From NCBI RefSeq assembly GCF_036321535.1, contig NC_087436.1:56112001-56176000 (forward strand): a stretch of DNA of 64,000 nt, given 5' to 3'. The notes beneath the pieces are model-generated. The model saw nothing but the letters and a program-made list of their open reading frames with translations. It made no database searches and was not told the origin of the DNA. The first letter of the stretch is position 1. The number at the start of each line of letters is the position of its first letter. The stretch is from Camelus dromedarius. Lineage: Eukaryota. The position numbers and the translations under genes were made by a program. This document shows positions 1 to 13,934 of the stretch, piece by piece.

Positions 1-159
1 AAAATCATTTCCATATACAATTCTTTTTCCTGTGTGCCATTAGAGCTGTAGTTTCTCATACTACAGAGGTCCTGATAGGGCTCATTCTGAAATATACAAA
101 AATAAAATATGCAAGAGCAGGAGGAGAATGAGGATCACCTAGCCCACACTTAACAGTGA

Positions 160-325
160 ATAAGCATGTGGTTTGGGACACTGAACAGACTTGGGTTCAA
201 TTCTTGTTTCTAGCACTTAACTTACCTTGGGCAAGTTCCTTGGCCGCAGTTTCTCACCAGTAAGAGACTGTCATAGAATCTCCCTCATAGGGCTATTTAA
301 AGAAATAAATGAAACAATAGATTTA
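160..325 (+). mobile_element. MIR SINE
   Basis: agacttgggttcaattc...ccttgggcaagtt...cagtttctc core. Confidence 0.75.
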
Positions 326-1039
326 ACACCCCTTCAATTCCTGGAATGGAAGTTTGAGCTATCACTGGTACTCATCTAGTTCTAATGTATGCATTCCATA
401 CGTCTGTATGGAGTGTTTACCTTGTGGCAGGATAGGCACTCTGCTGGGTCCTTTTAAACAGCATTAAACATTATTTATTAACTACACTGTTAAATGCTTA
501 TTTTTCCAAGAAGCACAAGCTATTTAATTATGTCATATATTTTTGTCCTGTTGCTCTGTGACTTGGACATGATGTGTAGACATTTTGATAATGATGTCAT
601 AGAAGTTTTGGAAGTGAAAGCATATTTCTGTAATGCTGATAAAAATATATTTAAGCAAACTGGACCTAACTGTTCTAATTGCCAGAAAAATCCAATATGC
701 CTTGAATCAGATTATATCTCTTCTTAATTTTTACACATTAATTTGCTATCTGTCCCCTGGAGCCAGGGAACTGAGGTAGCACTTATACATGACAGCAGAG
801 ATTTTGTATCATATCCGCATCCTTATCTGCCCCCTCCCCTTTTTTCTGTTGTTGTTTAAGTCACTTTCCCCGAGATAGTCTCTAGTTATTTGGTGTTCCA
901 CTTGGATTTTAAAGGCAAATGCAGTTCAAAGATGGATCAAAGAGTGAACGCTCCTTAAATTAAACTTTCTAGTTCTCTAGGGAAACTACAGTGCACACCA
1001 CCATTTCAGGTGCTTCCTCACTCTAAAAACTCATATTTA

Positions 1040-1340
1040 GTCAGTAATCTTTCAAAACCCTTAGCCCGAGTGCCCATAGAAACACTGACAGATAGTTCCC
1101 TTGTCTCTGCTGACAAGCAGGTCCATCCATGAAATAAGTGCTTGAAAGTTCTTCCTTACATTGGCTTAAATCTTTCTAACTTCCATTAACCATTCTTTTT
1201 CTAACTTTCATTCTATTTCTGCCCTCTGGACACTCATAAGTAAATTTACTACAAAGCCCCCTTTCTCTCACTTATTTGGTCCGATTTTAATCTTAACATG
1301 CCTAGTTCCATCGTGTTTTTACATCATCTGATGAAGTTTT
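1040..1340 (-). mobile_element. L3/CR1 LINE fragment
   Basis: gaaagttcttccttacattggcttaaatc...tttctgccctctgga motif. Confidence 0.55.
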
Positions 1341-2873
1341 AAGTTGGGGTTGGGGGACAAAGGGACATTATTATATTTCAGTTATTGCCTACTAAAAAAG
1401 CAATAATTTTAACTTTGCAATTTAATTTTAATTTTTAAAAAATCCATTTTCAGAGCACTTGAAAATTGGTTTCAAAGCAAGTGCCTTTTTTTTCAGAATG
1501 ATGGATTCATACTTCAGGTTGCCTCTTAACACCTGCATGTCCTGGACTCCAACAATAAATCCACCGTATTTATCCCATACTTTCTAATGATTCATCATGG
1601 ACACCCTGCAAGTTTGTCAACTATTAAAGTTGTTTTGGAAATAAGTTGTGACACATGTGATAAGGCTTATTTTAAAAATCAGCATTGCTTTAATGAAAAT
1701 GAGGCATTGAACTTATTAAAACCAGACAATTAACTTAATGAATAGTATGTAAATCATGTCCGGGGACTAGGAAAGTGACTGACACAGAAAAGACTCTCAA
1801 ATATCAACTCAATCAGTGAATAGTCAGTTTAATGTAGTCATTCTGGTTTTTTTTACTGACTTGCTTTTTTGTTTGTTTTTCTTTGAAATCTGTGGGGACT
1901 TGGGGGGAGGTGGGGCACTCCAGGTGTTTGCTATGAATCATCTGTGTTCCCAGCTCCATCTGAGATTTGGTTTCAGAAAGATTAAAGGTAGGAAGCTATA
2001 ATCACTGAAACGATTCCAGTGATTCCTTTTGTCACGTAATTTGAGGATCATTGTCCTATTGTATTTGGACACTTGAACTAAAAAGTTGTGACTCGAAGAA
2101 GTAGGATGTAAGTAAAAAATAGGCTAAGTTGAGACAAATATTAATGGCTAATGAAAGTTTTGTATGCCCAGTATTTAAAAAAAATTTTTACTTGGTACTT
2201 TTACATTTATACTTCTGGCACGCCCTTTAAGAGTTAAATGGGTCTGTGACAACTCAGGCTAAAGTATCAAAAAGATGAGAAAAGAAAGAAATCTTTAGCT
2301 GTGGTGGCCAGGGCTCAGATGGGTTTATAATCAAGGGAGAGGCTTAAGGTTATATGAATTTAATATGAAGAGTAAATATTATTGTACTGAAGATTTGGAC
2401 TTTATTTCCCACTTGTAAAAAAAAAAAAAAGGTCACAATAATCTCCAAAATTCTTTTTCTTTATATTTTCAACATAGTTTTCCAGATCATTCTTTCTCCT
2501 TCATTGCACTATATAACCTCCTTGAAGAAAACGTGTTTAAATTCAAAGGCATTTTACTGAACCTAAAAAATCACTTTAAAATATTAGGTTATGAATTTCT
2601 GCCTGCTCAATTACGAAATGCAAAACAGTTGGGCCTAAGTGCATTAGTTGCTAAGTATTTTCTTTATACTCTGCTTTGTGCCATCAAATGCCAGTTAATT
2701 CAGGTAACACCCGTTGCCTAACAGAATTCCAGTCATTGCTGACAGTCTTCATAGCAAAGCTAGTGGAGTTACAAACTCAACTTGTGTCTCCAGAAACTCA
2801 TAAGCAATCGTGGAGGTGTTGGGAGCAGAGAGTCAACTTTGCAGGAGGGTGGACCCTTAGATGCTTGCCTAGT

Positions 2874-3353
2874 TGTTACTGCATCCAAGCTCACTGCATG
2901 ACAGGCCAGTAAATTGAAGGACAAGTTGCTGGGGCAAAGAATAGTGACTTTATTCAGAAAGCCAGCAGACTGGGAAGATGATGGACTAGTATCCCAAAGA
3001 ATCATCTTCCCTGAGTTAGAATTCAGGCTTCTTTTAGACCAAAAGGGAAGGGGGTAAAGTTGAACATTTCCTGGCTCCAGTCAGACTTCAGAGGGGATGT
3101 GTTAATTTCTTCCTTCCTGCAGCCATTACTGGTGGGCCTGGTCAGGATGTTTCCTGTGAGCGAAACAAAGATATTTTAGCTTAACGCTCATTACATGAGA
3201 GGCAGAGTTCCCAGAGATGGACCATTGTGTATAATTTAAATTTATAGGCAGCATCCCTATAGTGATTAACTTGTAGCAAAAGCAAGAGAACACAGAGGTT
3301 AAAGGAAAAGAAACAGATCCAATATTGAGTCAGATCTGTTCTTCCCTATTACA
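2874..3353 (-). mobile_element. Solo ERV1-class LTR, about 480 bp
   Basis: TG...CA termini (tgttact...tattaca). Reverse-strand AATAAA (tttatt 2949-2954) near the minus-strand 3' end. 4-bp TSD tagt/taat. Resembles laurasiatherian ERV1 LTRs. Confidence 0.8.
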
Positions 3354-5087
3354 TAATTTCTTTGTTAGTATGACCCCCTGCCATTTCATTTTATCCATCC
3401 TTTTTTTGTGGGGGGTAACTTTCCCTCTCCAAAAGACCTATATTCTTGCCCGGGGGGTTGGGGTGGGGGAGAGTAGAAGTGGAAACTGAAACCTAGGAAA
3501 TTTGAGAAGTTTCTAAAGAAGTAATAAAAGAATCTCTCCTTAATTTCAGAATTTTTACAAACTATATGAGTGAGTCCATAAATTAACTGAGTGTGGTATT
3601 TGAGGGGATGCATTGATCTAATCATAAAAAGCTGGTATTTTTCTGATGTGCCTCCATTACTTAATAAGGTCTGGAGAAGTTTAACGGAACTTTGGGTCTG
3701 AGTGCAAAGTAGGAAACAGCTTTTCTCTGAGGATGAGGACTCATCCTGGCCACTTGCAAGCTGTGTCTCTTGTTTTAAAAGGAAAGCTGTTCTGCACCTA
3801 ATTGAACACCGATACATTTGCAGGGTTTGAGTGGGGAGCTGTGTAGTCTAATGACCCAGGAATTGGAAATGTATGACCTTCTGCTTCCTCGGCTATTGCA
3901 GACTCACAAATAAACTATGAGGAAAAGTTTTCAACTCTGGGAACAGCATGTTTTAATGTGGAAATTATTATTGTGATAAGAATAAAAATGAGGTATATGA
4001 CAGTGCTAGAAATCGCTTTGTCCAGTCTGTGTAGCTCTAAAACCTTTATTCCCACCATTGGGAGAATGAATTCAGTTGATTATTCCGAACCGTATTGTCT
4101 TCAATAAAGTGCAAAGATAATAACACCCTCCACACAAATGTGGTATAATCAGAATAATTAGATGTTAGATCTGATTTGAATGAGGAGGTTGATGAGTGGC
4201 AATTCTGGAAGGGAGAGCCGCCCTCTGTGGGAAATGCTCGAGGCCAAGCTCCATCATGGGTGGCCTTGAGAAAGCCAGCCAAGGGGATAGGCAGGGGAAC
4301 GTGGGTCAATGCTGTCTCTAGTTGGCATCTCTAGAGAGCACAGGAACAAGCCCCTCTTGGGTTGCATGAGGGGTGTTATGAGAGATGACCACTGGGAGCA
4401 GAGGAGAGGCCATACAGAAAGTTAAACAGAACACGCCTCAGGTATATTAACGTAAGTAATAGCTCCAAAATAATCAAGGAATTGTACGACCAGGAGGCTG
4501 GAGTATGGCAGGAGCATTGAAACATGAGTTTGGGGAACTGAGTTTGGTGAAGAGGAAAGGTGGGTTTGTCAGAGGGTCACATGGGATTCTTCCATTCTCT
4601 GTTTACCAAGATTTGTTGGGCCTTTGAAAAAAACTTGCCCCGTCTTTGTTCAATTCCCATATGTGAGAAAAACAGGGAGGAATCCTGGCTATATAGATGG
4701 AAAGCAAGAGCTGGTGCCTGGGAAAATTCTGAAGCTGATGAGCAGACTTGTGTTCTTCTCTGCTCCCTGTGCAGTTTGGCCTCACCCTTTTGCTATCTGT
4801 CCTTTCTCTTACCACCTGTAGCTGGCACTCAGTTCTCTCTGTTGACAGTGGGAACCTAAAACCAACTCAGGGTCACGAATTGGTGACTTTTTGTGCTAAC
4901 TCTCACAAGAGTATTTACATTTTAATAGTCTTCCAGGAATGAGGCAAAATAAATCATTTATGGAATAAATCATGAGTGGTAGATTTTTCAGGCATCAGTA
5001 TAATGTTTTTGGAAGCATTTGACTTCTCACTGCTTCTCCTATTATACCAAATACAGTGACTTTCAACTCAGTGTATTCTTAACATAG

Positions 5088-5800
5088 TCATTTATCCAAC
5101 AAACATGTGTCAAGTGTCTACTGATATATATCATGCACCACTCTTGGTTCTTAAAAAATAACTACAAGAGAAAGGTCAGTTCCTTCAAGAAGCGTGTAGT
5201 CCAGAAAAAGGGGGAAAGGCTCACATAAAGTCATAATAAAGTGTGAGAAAAGAAAAGCAGATCCAGTGGGAACCCCCGATGGCATAGTTGTACCACATAG
5301 AATGTGTTCAGAGAAGGCTCTCTGGAAAAGGTAATACCTGAGTTAAGTTTTGTGTAGTGATACTAACCCAGTGAACAGAATTGAGAAGGAGTTCTGAGAA
5401 AAGGGAGAAGTATGTGTGAACATAAGGGGGCTTAAAGAGCACACTCCATCGGAAGGATTGTGAGTGGTTTGGCCTGAGGAGACTGTGAGATGTTGGGGGA
5501 GGTAAGGGTAAGGACAAGAGATGAGCCTGAGGAAGCTCACGGCACCCTATGCCAACCCAGACCATTCTGAACCCTGAAGGCAATGGAGAAATAGATATGA
5601 TGTGACTGGAATCGTGTTTTAGAAAAAACGTTCCACAGCATTATGGAGAACGGATGGGAGGAGTGAGGACCAGCGTCCGGGGAGGCCAGTTAGGAGCACC
5701 TGCAGTTGTTGGGTCCTTAATGAAGGCGGTAGCAGTAGATACAGCCGGGAGGGGACCCAATGGGGGGAAATAATGACTAGTTTAGGATCCATGATTGCCA
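5088..5800 (-). mobile_element. L2 LINE 3' fragment
   Basis: catttatccaacaaacatgtgtcaagtgtctact (reverse L2 tail) followed by purine-rich L2 body (gaaggcaatggag...gtttttagaaa...ggaggccagttaggag). Confidence 0.7.
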
Positions 5801-7379
5801 CTGCTGAGAGCCGTCAGGAAACCTCCAACTTAGTAACCAGCCCTATTCTCCTAGAAATCACTTAGCCATCTATGAGGATGTAAAACTTACGAATAAAGAG
5901 AAGAGACAGAGATTGAATTTAATTGCAACTTTTTCATTTGCCTAATTTCCTTCAGTGTAAGACAGGCTTATACTGTTTTATGTGAATTATTTATAATATA
6001 TATATTTCCCTCCAGTGTGCAGATTTATGGGTGGATGTGAGGGAGCCTGATGTTAAACATATGTGAACATTCATTTTTGAAAATCAGGAAACTAGAGAGT
6101 TACCATTTCCTGCAGGAACTTCTAACAGAAACCAAAAAAGTAATATAATGTGCCAGAAAGCTCAGGGAAATGTATAAAAGTAAATTGCAAGGAAGAGAAA
6201 CCTGGCCACCCGAAGGAAGATAACTTTCTCTTTAAAATTCTGCCCTCTGTGCCCCTAATCAGATAGGCTGAGTGACTGACACAGGACCTTTTATGGACAC
6301 CCGAGTTTCTTTCGCTTCCTAGACCAGAAACATAAATCTTGTTTCTCTAATAAAGACATTTAAGGCAGAAAGTTATGATAGTATCCTCAATATCTTAAAG
6401 TTAGATGTGTCAAGACATTGGAAGACATCCATCTTCCCTGTCCTGGCCATTCTCCGGTTTGTCCTCAGGGGCTGTGGCATGTGTTTTCCTTGAAATTTTC
6501 AATAAAAGATAAGAAAATAATTTCTTTTGGATCATCAGCTTTCCCAGCTGAACTCCTGCGAGGTTGACTTGTGGAGACAATTAAACCAAGCATTTGCTCA
6601 GTTTACGTGGACATTGTTATTGCAGCATTTGTCCCTTTCCTGACAAATCGCATTATTCCTCTGCCCTCTGAACCATTAGAAGGTCCAGAGGGAATCAGGT
6701 GGTGATAAGGAGGGGCTGATCTCACATTTGTCAACCCCGAGGCAGAGCCAGGCTGATCTGCAAACTCCCTTTGATTCTTTACACTGGTTAGAGGGGGTGG
6801 GGGCTGAGTTTGAGTGGGACATAATTTGAATGCTGTCATTTGCCTCTGAGCAGAAGGCCGTCATCTCTTTAGTGTTCAGAGTGAATGTGATGCCCCCAGA
6901 TTTGTTCAATAATTGCCCTGATTTCTGCCTGAGGCTTAACTTTCTTCTAGCTAGATGTTGTGTCCCCTAACACTCTCCCCCATTACTAACAAAGTGCCTC
7001 TTTCATTTGCTCTGGGCGGTAGCTGCATCTCTGCCTTTGCTTCAGCTCTGAGGCTGATTCAGCGTCACAGACTTCCCTTTGTGAGCATCTTGCCTCTCTT
7101 CCCTCTCCTCTTCCCTCCTCCAGGAGTTGAAAAAAAAATAGGGATTTTAGTTAATGCTGAAACATCTGTTGAATTCTAAAGGATTATCGTTTGTAATGAA
7201 TGCACAAAAGTAAGAGAGGACAGGTAGCCCCTTGAATGGAATCTGTTGGTCTTCTCTTTTTTATCAAAAGACTTTGACCTACTGTGGAGTGCCATGCATA
7301 AGGGTAGTACCAGGGACAAGATAACCCATGAGATTAGGACAGTTTTTAGGAACATGCAGATGTCGTTAAGAGGTGCAAC

Positions 7380-7545
7380 AGTATCTTTTCCTAGTGTGGT
7401 CCAGGGTACAGAACCTAACTACCTCTGAGAATCAGTTTGTCATCTGCAAAGCAGAGGCAATATTACCCATCTTACAGACCGGGAAGCAAATACAGGATGT
7501 ATGTAAGGTACTCACATGACGTGCTAAGCACCCTGAAACTATCAT
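7380..7545 (+). mobile_element. MIR SINE
   Basis: acctctgagaatcagtttgtcatctgcaaagcagagg core. Confidence 0.6.
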
Positions 7546-7729
7546 TCACAGCCACCATTTTCATTGGCATAGTTGTTTTTCTACTTACACCTTGATCATC
7601 TGCCCTCTAAGAGGGCAGAGCCAGGAGCCAGCTGGGAGAACAGGTGTGGCAACATTCCTGACACCTGAAGTCCGCAGAGCTTGGTGGAGCCCATGGTTTC
7701 ACCAGGCCAGTCCTGGGTTCACACAAGAG

Positions 7730-7955
7730 TGAACCAGAGCAACAATGCCTCTGCCCGTGTGGACCACACCTTCCTGTGGCAGGTGAGGGATGGATCTGAG
7801 TGGACTCCAGAACAGGTCAAAAGATAAATGGGGTGCCTGTGAGTGTGCTGAGTACTATGGAGAGTAAAGGGGGCTGAGCTAGAGAACAGTGCGTGGAGTG
7901 GGTGTTTAATTTAGTTTGACTTGTCAAGGAGGGCCTCTCTTGAGAGTGTGGTGTA
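7730..7955 (-). mobile_element. L2 fragment
   Basis: agtactatggagagtaaag...gtcaaggagggcctctc. Confidence 0.45.
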
Positions 7956-8299
7956 GACATACAGGATCCCTTTCAGCTTCAAAAAAATTGATCGCCTCCA
8001 CAGAATAAATAGTGGTGCTTTCAATCTTTCATTGATTTGAGAATGCACAAAGATAAAAAGTTATTGTGAATTCAGTAAAAATTTTTGCATAAATGTGTGT
8101 TTTTTTCATCAGAGCAGTGTCATTGTGTATTTGAAAAGTAGAAGTTACATATGTGTAGGATGTGTTATTGGTTCTTCTGAAGATAATGCCAGGTTTGCAT
8201 TTGGACTTGAGGATTTGAACACTCTAAAATTATTCTGAGCCTCTTGGGTTGTTTGAGGCCCACATGCTGGGAATCACTGACAGAGTGAAAAAAGATTTG

Positions 8300-8530
8300 G
8301 GGTGAAGCAGATAGGAGACCTCAGTCCTGTTTTCTCCTTTTTCAAAAACTAAACAAAGGGCAAAGAAGCGAGTTAATTTTTTTTTTTGAATCTGCTTCTT
8401 CATTATTAGACTGAGGATAATAACATATGTTATTTAACCTCCTAATGATTGTGTGAGGTTGAACTAATCGGACAGATAGGAAAGTCCTTGCAAAGCATTT
8501 CGAATTATATGAAGATGAAAGTATTAGTAA
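8300..8530 (+). mobile_element. MIR-family SINE fragment
   Basis: tctgcttcttcatt...ggataataac...gattgtgtgaggttgaactaa. Confidence 0.5.
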
Positions 8531-8846
8531 TGGCTTGAAATAAGGAATTCTAATCATCCAGAAAAAGCAGTTCAGTCACTAAAAAAACTAATTTGTCAAA
8601 CTACCCACTTCGCCTATCTCTTCCTGGATTAGGACCCTGAGGAACTCTACTGGCATCAGCTGCTTTAGCCTGTGAACATTTCTCTAAATGTTGTGAATGT
8701 GGATCAAATCATGGGCCCAAAAGGGAAAATGGATTCTTATCTTCAACCCTCTAATCTTTGGGGAGGTTACACTATGTAGGCTACATAAACGCTGCAGAGG
8801 TGCCATATTCGAAGTAGCTAGGAATGTCTCTTTTCTCTTGCGCGTG

Positions 8847-8886
8847 CTCTCTCTCTCTCTCTCTCTCCCTCCCTCTCCCCTCCCCA
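8847..8886. repeat. (CT)n microsatellite / pyrimidine tract
   Basis: ctctctctctctctctctctcccctccctctcccctcccc. Confidence 0.9.
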
Positions 8887-11139
8887 TCTTTGTTTGTTCC
8901 TCCCTCACCTTAGATTTCTAAGTACTGACGTTAATGTATTCCCAAGTGCTTTCAGCAAATTCTAAAATTCCTCCCAGCAAGGCCAAATGTGTCATGTAAT
9001 CTATTTATTGTCCTTTGGATCCAATCATTTTGGAGCCCTCTGTCCCACCTCCAACTTTCTTGATGCCCAGCCAGGCTTGCTGCACAGTTGTCAGACTAAG
9101 ATTTCCTTGCCTGTTGCCCCAGAAATACCCTCTGGTTTTACTGGACATTCTGCTTTTTGAAATATCTCACATCTTCTTGTCTGGTTGACTCACCAGTGTT
9201 AGTGAAATATACCCTTTAGCATCTTCCTAAGAAGAGCTGTGTGAAAGATAAAGATAAGAAAGATTAAGTTTTTATGCCTTTCTATATATGAAAACATGTT
9301 TATTCTTTTCAAATTGTCAGTTGGTACAGATTTGTAGATAAGAACTTTATTATCTAAAACCTTAGCTTTTAATAATTCATCTTATTTTCAGATTCCTTTT
9401 TTTGACAGCCTTCATCTGCTATGGTCTACTCTCCCATTCTCATTTTTTCTAGTGTGTTTGTAGCTTTTCTTTCTTTCTTTTTTTTTTATTGGAATTAGGA
9501 TTTTCAGGAGTGAGGTGCAACTATTCACTTGTAACCAATAAATTGTACCTCCTTCATGAAACACCTAAAATATGCCCATTTAACACCATATTTGCCATCA
9601 AACCATTGCAAACATTTAAATTTGCCATCAATAACCATTGCATTCTTTTGATTTTAAAAGTAAATGTTTGCATTTTTAAATGGGCATTTTTTTTTAAATA
9701 GTGAAGTTGCTGAAAATATAGTTTGGAATGAGCCAAACCATATTTTATATTTTGAAAAATATAAAAATTGCTTTAAGCTAACAATTTTAAGCCCTAAGAG
9801 TTAAATGTTACTCTCATTCTCCAGGAGCATATCACTTTATTTCTCATTGTTTGAGTTGCTTTATAAATTATACTCAGGAATTTAAATGTGGAAGTAAGGA
9901 ATGGATATTCTTTATTAGTGAAGTAGGGTGGCTTAAAGGACTAGGAGTAAAATAAGTCAAGATTATGACCTATTTTATGTTATATAACCTATTTCTTGCC
10001 ACATTCTGATAAATTTGGACTACAAATCAAGTCTGCCCCAGTTGCATCACATATCAGCCATGCCTAAACCACAGTTGTCAGGTTTCATTTTAGAGAAATG
10101 AGATCAGGACTGGCCCTAATGGAATCAAACAATAACTTTTCTGATGATTTCAAGGTCCTTGTAAAGCCTGCCACAGTATCTGCAGACCAAGACATTATCT
10201 CTAAGAAGCCTGTGCTATATTATGCCACCTACTACCTGGAGGGCAGGCAACTTCTCACCTAACTCAACATTGATAGAGATGATGTATTCCTACAGATGGG
10301 CTGCAGAGCATTGGAAAGCAGTGAATGGGAAATAGGACCCGTAAATTGTTCATATGGGCATGGAGTTGGAAGTCAAGATACTGGGAAGGCATGTAGTCTT
10401 GGAATCATACCTTGACCTAGCATGTAAGTGGAATTGTTCCTGTTTTTCAGAACTCATTAGATTAAAACAAGAGTTTCTTTTCTTTCCTACTTGGCTGACA
10501 TCGCCTAACATTTACTAATCTCTATTTTTAACAAAAAAAAAAAAGTCTGCCTTAGGCCCTAGACCTACATCAGGCAAAAGTATCTAACTAAATGATGAAG
10601 CATTGTTTTGTGTTCATTTTACGTACTATGGTAACCTTCTGTAGGTGGCAGTTGATACCTTTACCAGTTAATGTGACAATATACAGATATTACAGATTCC
10701 TCTTGTAATAAATATACTTAAGTAAAAACATGAATTGATTTCACTTTTAAAAATCACAAGTAATGGTTCAAGGTGTGCAAATGTATCAGAAATTATGAAC
10801 ATGGGGCTAAAGTTTAGGAAACACTGGCACAGGGCTAGAAGATGGGAGGCGTGGACTTTGGTTCTGTCCATAGCAAATGTATGACTTGGGCTGGTCATCT
10901 AACTTCTCCATCTAAAATGAGTCATCAGACCAGATTCCTGATTTTTAAACCTCTCATAGTTCTTAAATTTCGTGATTTCAAGTATTTATTTTTTCTGGCA
11001 CTTTATATGTGTATCGGCTGTTTTTAGTCTGATGCGTCTGGGGAGGAGTGAAAAATTATGAAGCAGCTGATGATAACCATCAATAGCTTTCCACTAAGGA
11101 ACAGAGGAATTATAGAAGAACAAACTAACTTTGCTTCAT

Positions 11140-11335
11140 AGAATTTTAGAGCTGGTAGCACCCTGAGTGCATATGATAACTAACTTCCCCTGCCAACACT
11201 CATTTAACAAATGAGAAAACTAAAGTGTCTCAGAAAACTTATGAAGCTCATTAACACACAGCTTCATGGTTAGAGGCAAAAAACTGCTTGGATCCTTGGA
11301 CCTTGGCCTAGAACCTTGGGTCCACTTTGATCCTC
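11140..11335 (-). mobile_element. MIR SINE
   Basis: catttaacaaatgagaaaactaaag...cacacagc...ttagaggca. Confidence 0.65.
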
Positions 11336-12324
11336 TACAAATGATATCATTATGACCTTGTGATGTCTTCTTGAACTTGTGGAACTTGTGCTTGTTAAGA
11401 AGTGTGGGTCCCACCTGAATGCTGAAGGTTTTTGCATCTGACACAATCAGAGATGAAACAAGTCTCAGCCAAGTGGGTACTTGAAGAATCGTGTGATTTT
11501 CTTCATCAGTACCAGTAGTAATAACGTTAACTCAAGACTACTATTTTATTTTTCTAATGTACTTTTGGGTAGTTTTGTTCAAAAATATTCTATTTCCCTT
11601 CAGTGGTTAGATCTAAATGAAATATGTGGGGGTATAATCAGACCCCCTTGCAGGAGAATATTATGAAGATTAGCAGACATTGTAAATTACTTCAGAACTG
11701 TAAACAGTTGCATTATTAATTTGTCTGTCTAGGTGGTGATTTATAAGTTACTCAAGGAAAAATGGAGGAGGGGAATGTTTATGTGCTTTTTCTGTTTTTC
11801 CCTCCCAGACTGTTAGAGTCTATTGACCCTTCATCAGTATAATTATTGTGTTAGGTATGTCTAATGTACTTACCACACAGGAGGCTAAGTAGTTTCCTTC
11901 CCCCAAGGTAGCTTTCTATTGCTAGAAAGCGATCTGTCCGTGAGCCACGCTGGCCACTTTGGAAATATCCTCTTATTGATTACACGAAAGAATTTTAAAA
12001 GATGACTCAAGAAACACTACTGAGGAAACACACCAGTGTTTCCTTCTTTAATTATGACCTAAGGCACATCCTTGAAACAAGAGATTGTAAAATATCCATA
12101 GAATAGGGAAGATTAGTGCAGTGACATGGAAATTGAGGAACATGAAAAGAGATGGGCTTGGGCTAGATAAAAAGGAACTTGTGAAATAGCGATTGATCTG
12201 CAGCTGACAATGACCATGGAAAATATATATTTATTTTGTGTCCACAATAGAAGTATTGTATTTAAAATACTTATAGCAGCTCCCGAAGGGGGACGAGGCT
12301 TTGAAAGCAATAAAACAAAAACAT

Positions 12325-12790
12325 TAGTAAGCATTTATTGAGCACTATTGACTTCCCTGAACAGAAGCTTTCAGTGGCTTCCCATGGTCTGTTAAATTAG
12401 ATGCCTTCTCTTCACCTCCACACTGAGCTTCTTCACAAGTGTAAGTCCCAGCCAGGCTGACATGGTCAAGAACATGCTCTCAGTTGCTCTCCCGACACGG
12501 TTTTGTGCTCAGGCTATTTCCTTAAATATTCTCTCCCCAGCCAACTTCGTGTCTCTGACTTTGGAAATTTCATTAATACTGACAGGCTTATTTAAAGACC
12601 TTACTCTGACAAGCCTCACCTGATTCTCCTAACCGGATGCAATCTTTCCTCCTTTTTTTATTTTTAATACCGACTGCATTTATTCCTGCACTCCACTTAT
12701 TAATTATTGGTGTACTTGTCTGATTCTTTCTTTCTGCTTCCAAGACTGTGAAGTTCCTGACCTCCTAAGTATAGCTGTAATTTATATTCA
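12325..12790 (+). mobile_element. L2 fragments
   Basis: ttcagtggcttcccat...gactgtgaagttcct, preceded by a short reverse L2 tail (gcatttattgagcact). Confidence 0.55.
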
Positions 12791-13881
12791 TCAAGTTGAA
12801 AATGTATCTTAAATACCTTACAGTGTATTTTTAAAGAAGTTTTATCTAATACATGAAAAAGTAAATCACCCAAAATTTAGATCACTCTTAGGACCACTGA
12901 AGAAATGTCCCAAAGGGGCTTCAGAGTAGTTTATAATGTTAGAAAAAAGGAACAACCTCTTTAGACTAGGGACTTTAGAAATTGCTGCTAGGGTTTCAAA
13001 TGGGTTTAGAAAGATTTAGCTAAGTGGAGAAAATAATCTAGAGAAGTAGTCTGAACTAAAGTGGAGAGGAGGAGAGTATAGGGTACAACCAAGAAATAGT
13101 AAATATGTGTTGTATATTTATATAGTGACAGAGGGATTTTATAGCTGTTAATTATTTTTGTGTATATTCTCGTCCTCAGTACCACCCTGTAACACTTAGG
13201 TGCTGTAAAAACCCTTTAAGGCCATCTGGTATTATCTGTTTATTCCTCTTCCCTATTGGTCTTGTGTCATCAGAAACAGGGAGAAGCATTTATGTGCATT
13301 TTTATTCTCCTCAAGGCTAAGCAGGTCTTCTAGAAATAAACAAATGGAGAATGATTATGCCTATTATACAAAATAAGTCCCTGAGAGAAGTATGCTTGAT
13401 CACAGAGCCCAGACTTAAACATAGGTCTTCTTTGTCCGTGTCCAGAGCCCTTTCTTCCATGTCAAGGCCTCCAGTGTTACAGGATTGCAGGCTCTGGCAA
13501 TAGAGAGAAGCCTGGAAATGCATAACTGATGGAAGCAACACAGGGGATAGGAGTCATTTAAAAATTATAACCAGCAGACTGAAACATAGATGGTATCTTT
13601 AAGTTGCATAATGGTATTAATCAGAAAGCATTCTGAAAAAAATTACAAGTAGGTAGAGGTGGAATTAAGTGAAGATGTTGCATTAGTAGTCTTACATTTC
13701 ACAAAATGAATAAAACTACAAATGATACATTTTTAGAAACAGCTTTTAGGGAAAATCTAGATAATTGGTACCTGAAATTGCATAAAGACAAGAGAAAAGC
13801 TATTTCACCAGTCTTTCTACTAATAACTGCTGTCCACACCCTCAAATACCAACTTAAGACACCACTTTCAAGATGCTATCC

Positions 13882-13934
13882 CTAAATAAATAAACCTGAT
13901 TACCTTCCCCCTCAAAAAAAATTATTTTTTAAAT
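13882..13934 (+). mobile_element. Severely 5'-truncated SINE tail, Vic-1-like (camelid)
   Basis: ctaaataaataaacctgattaccttccccctcaaaaaaaa flanked by an exact 10-bp direct repeat gatgctatcc (13872-13881 / 13935-13944). The family name is from recall of the Vic-1 3' end. Confidence 0.7.

Noticed and set aside
3386..3817. 143-aa minus-strand ORF, the longest in the window
   Set aside because: No recognisable domain, low-complexity C-terminus from F/P-rich tracts; consistent with a chance ORF.
7600..7618. Short inverted repeat ctgccctc-taa-gagggcag
   Set aside because: An 8-9 bp stem is expected by chance and resembles an L2 tail motif.
10098..10262. 54-aa ATG ORF with protein-like composition (MRSGLALMESNNNFSDDFKVLVKP...)
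   Set aside because: Short, with no recognisable homology, promoter or splice context.
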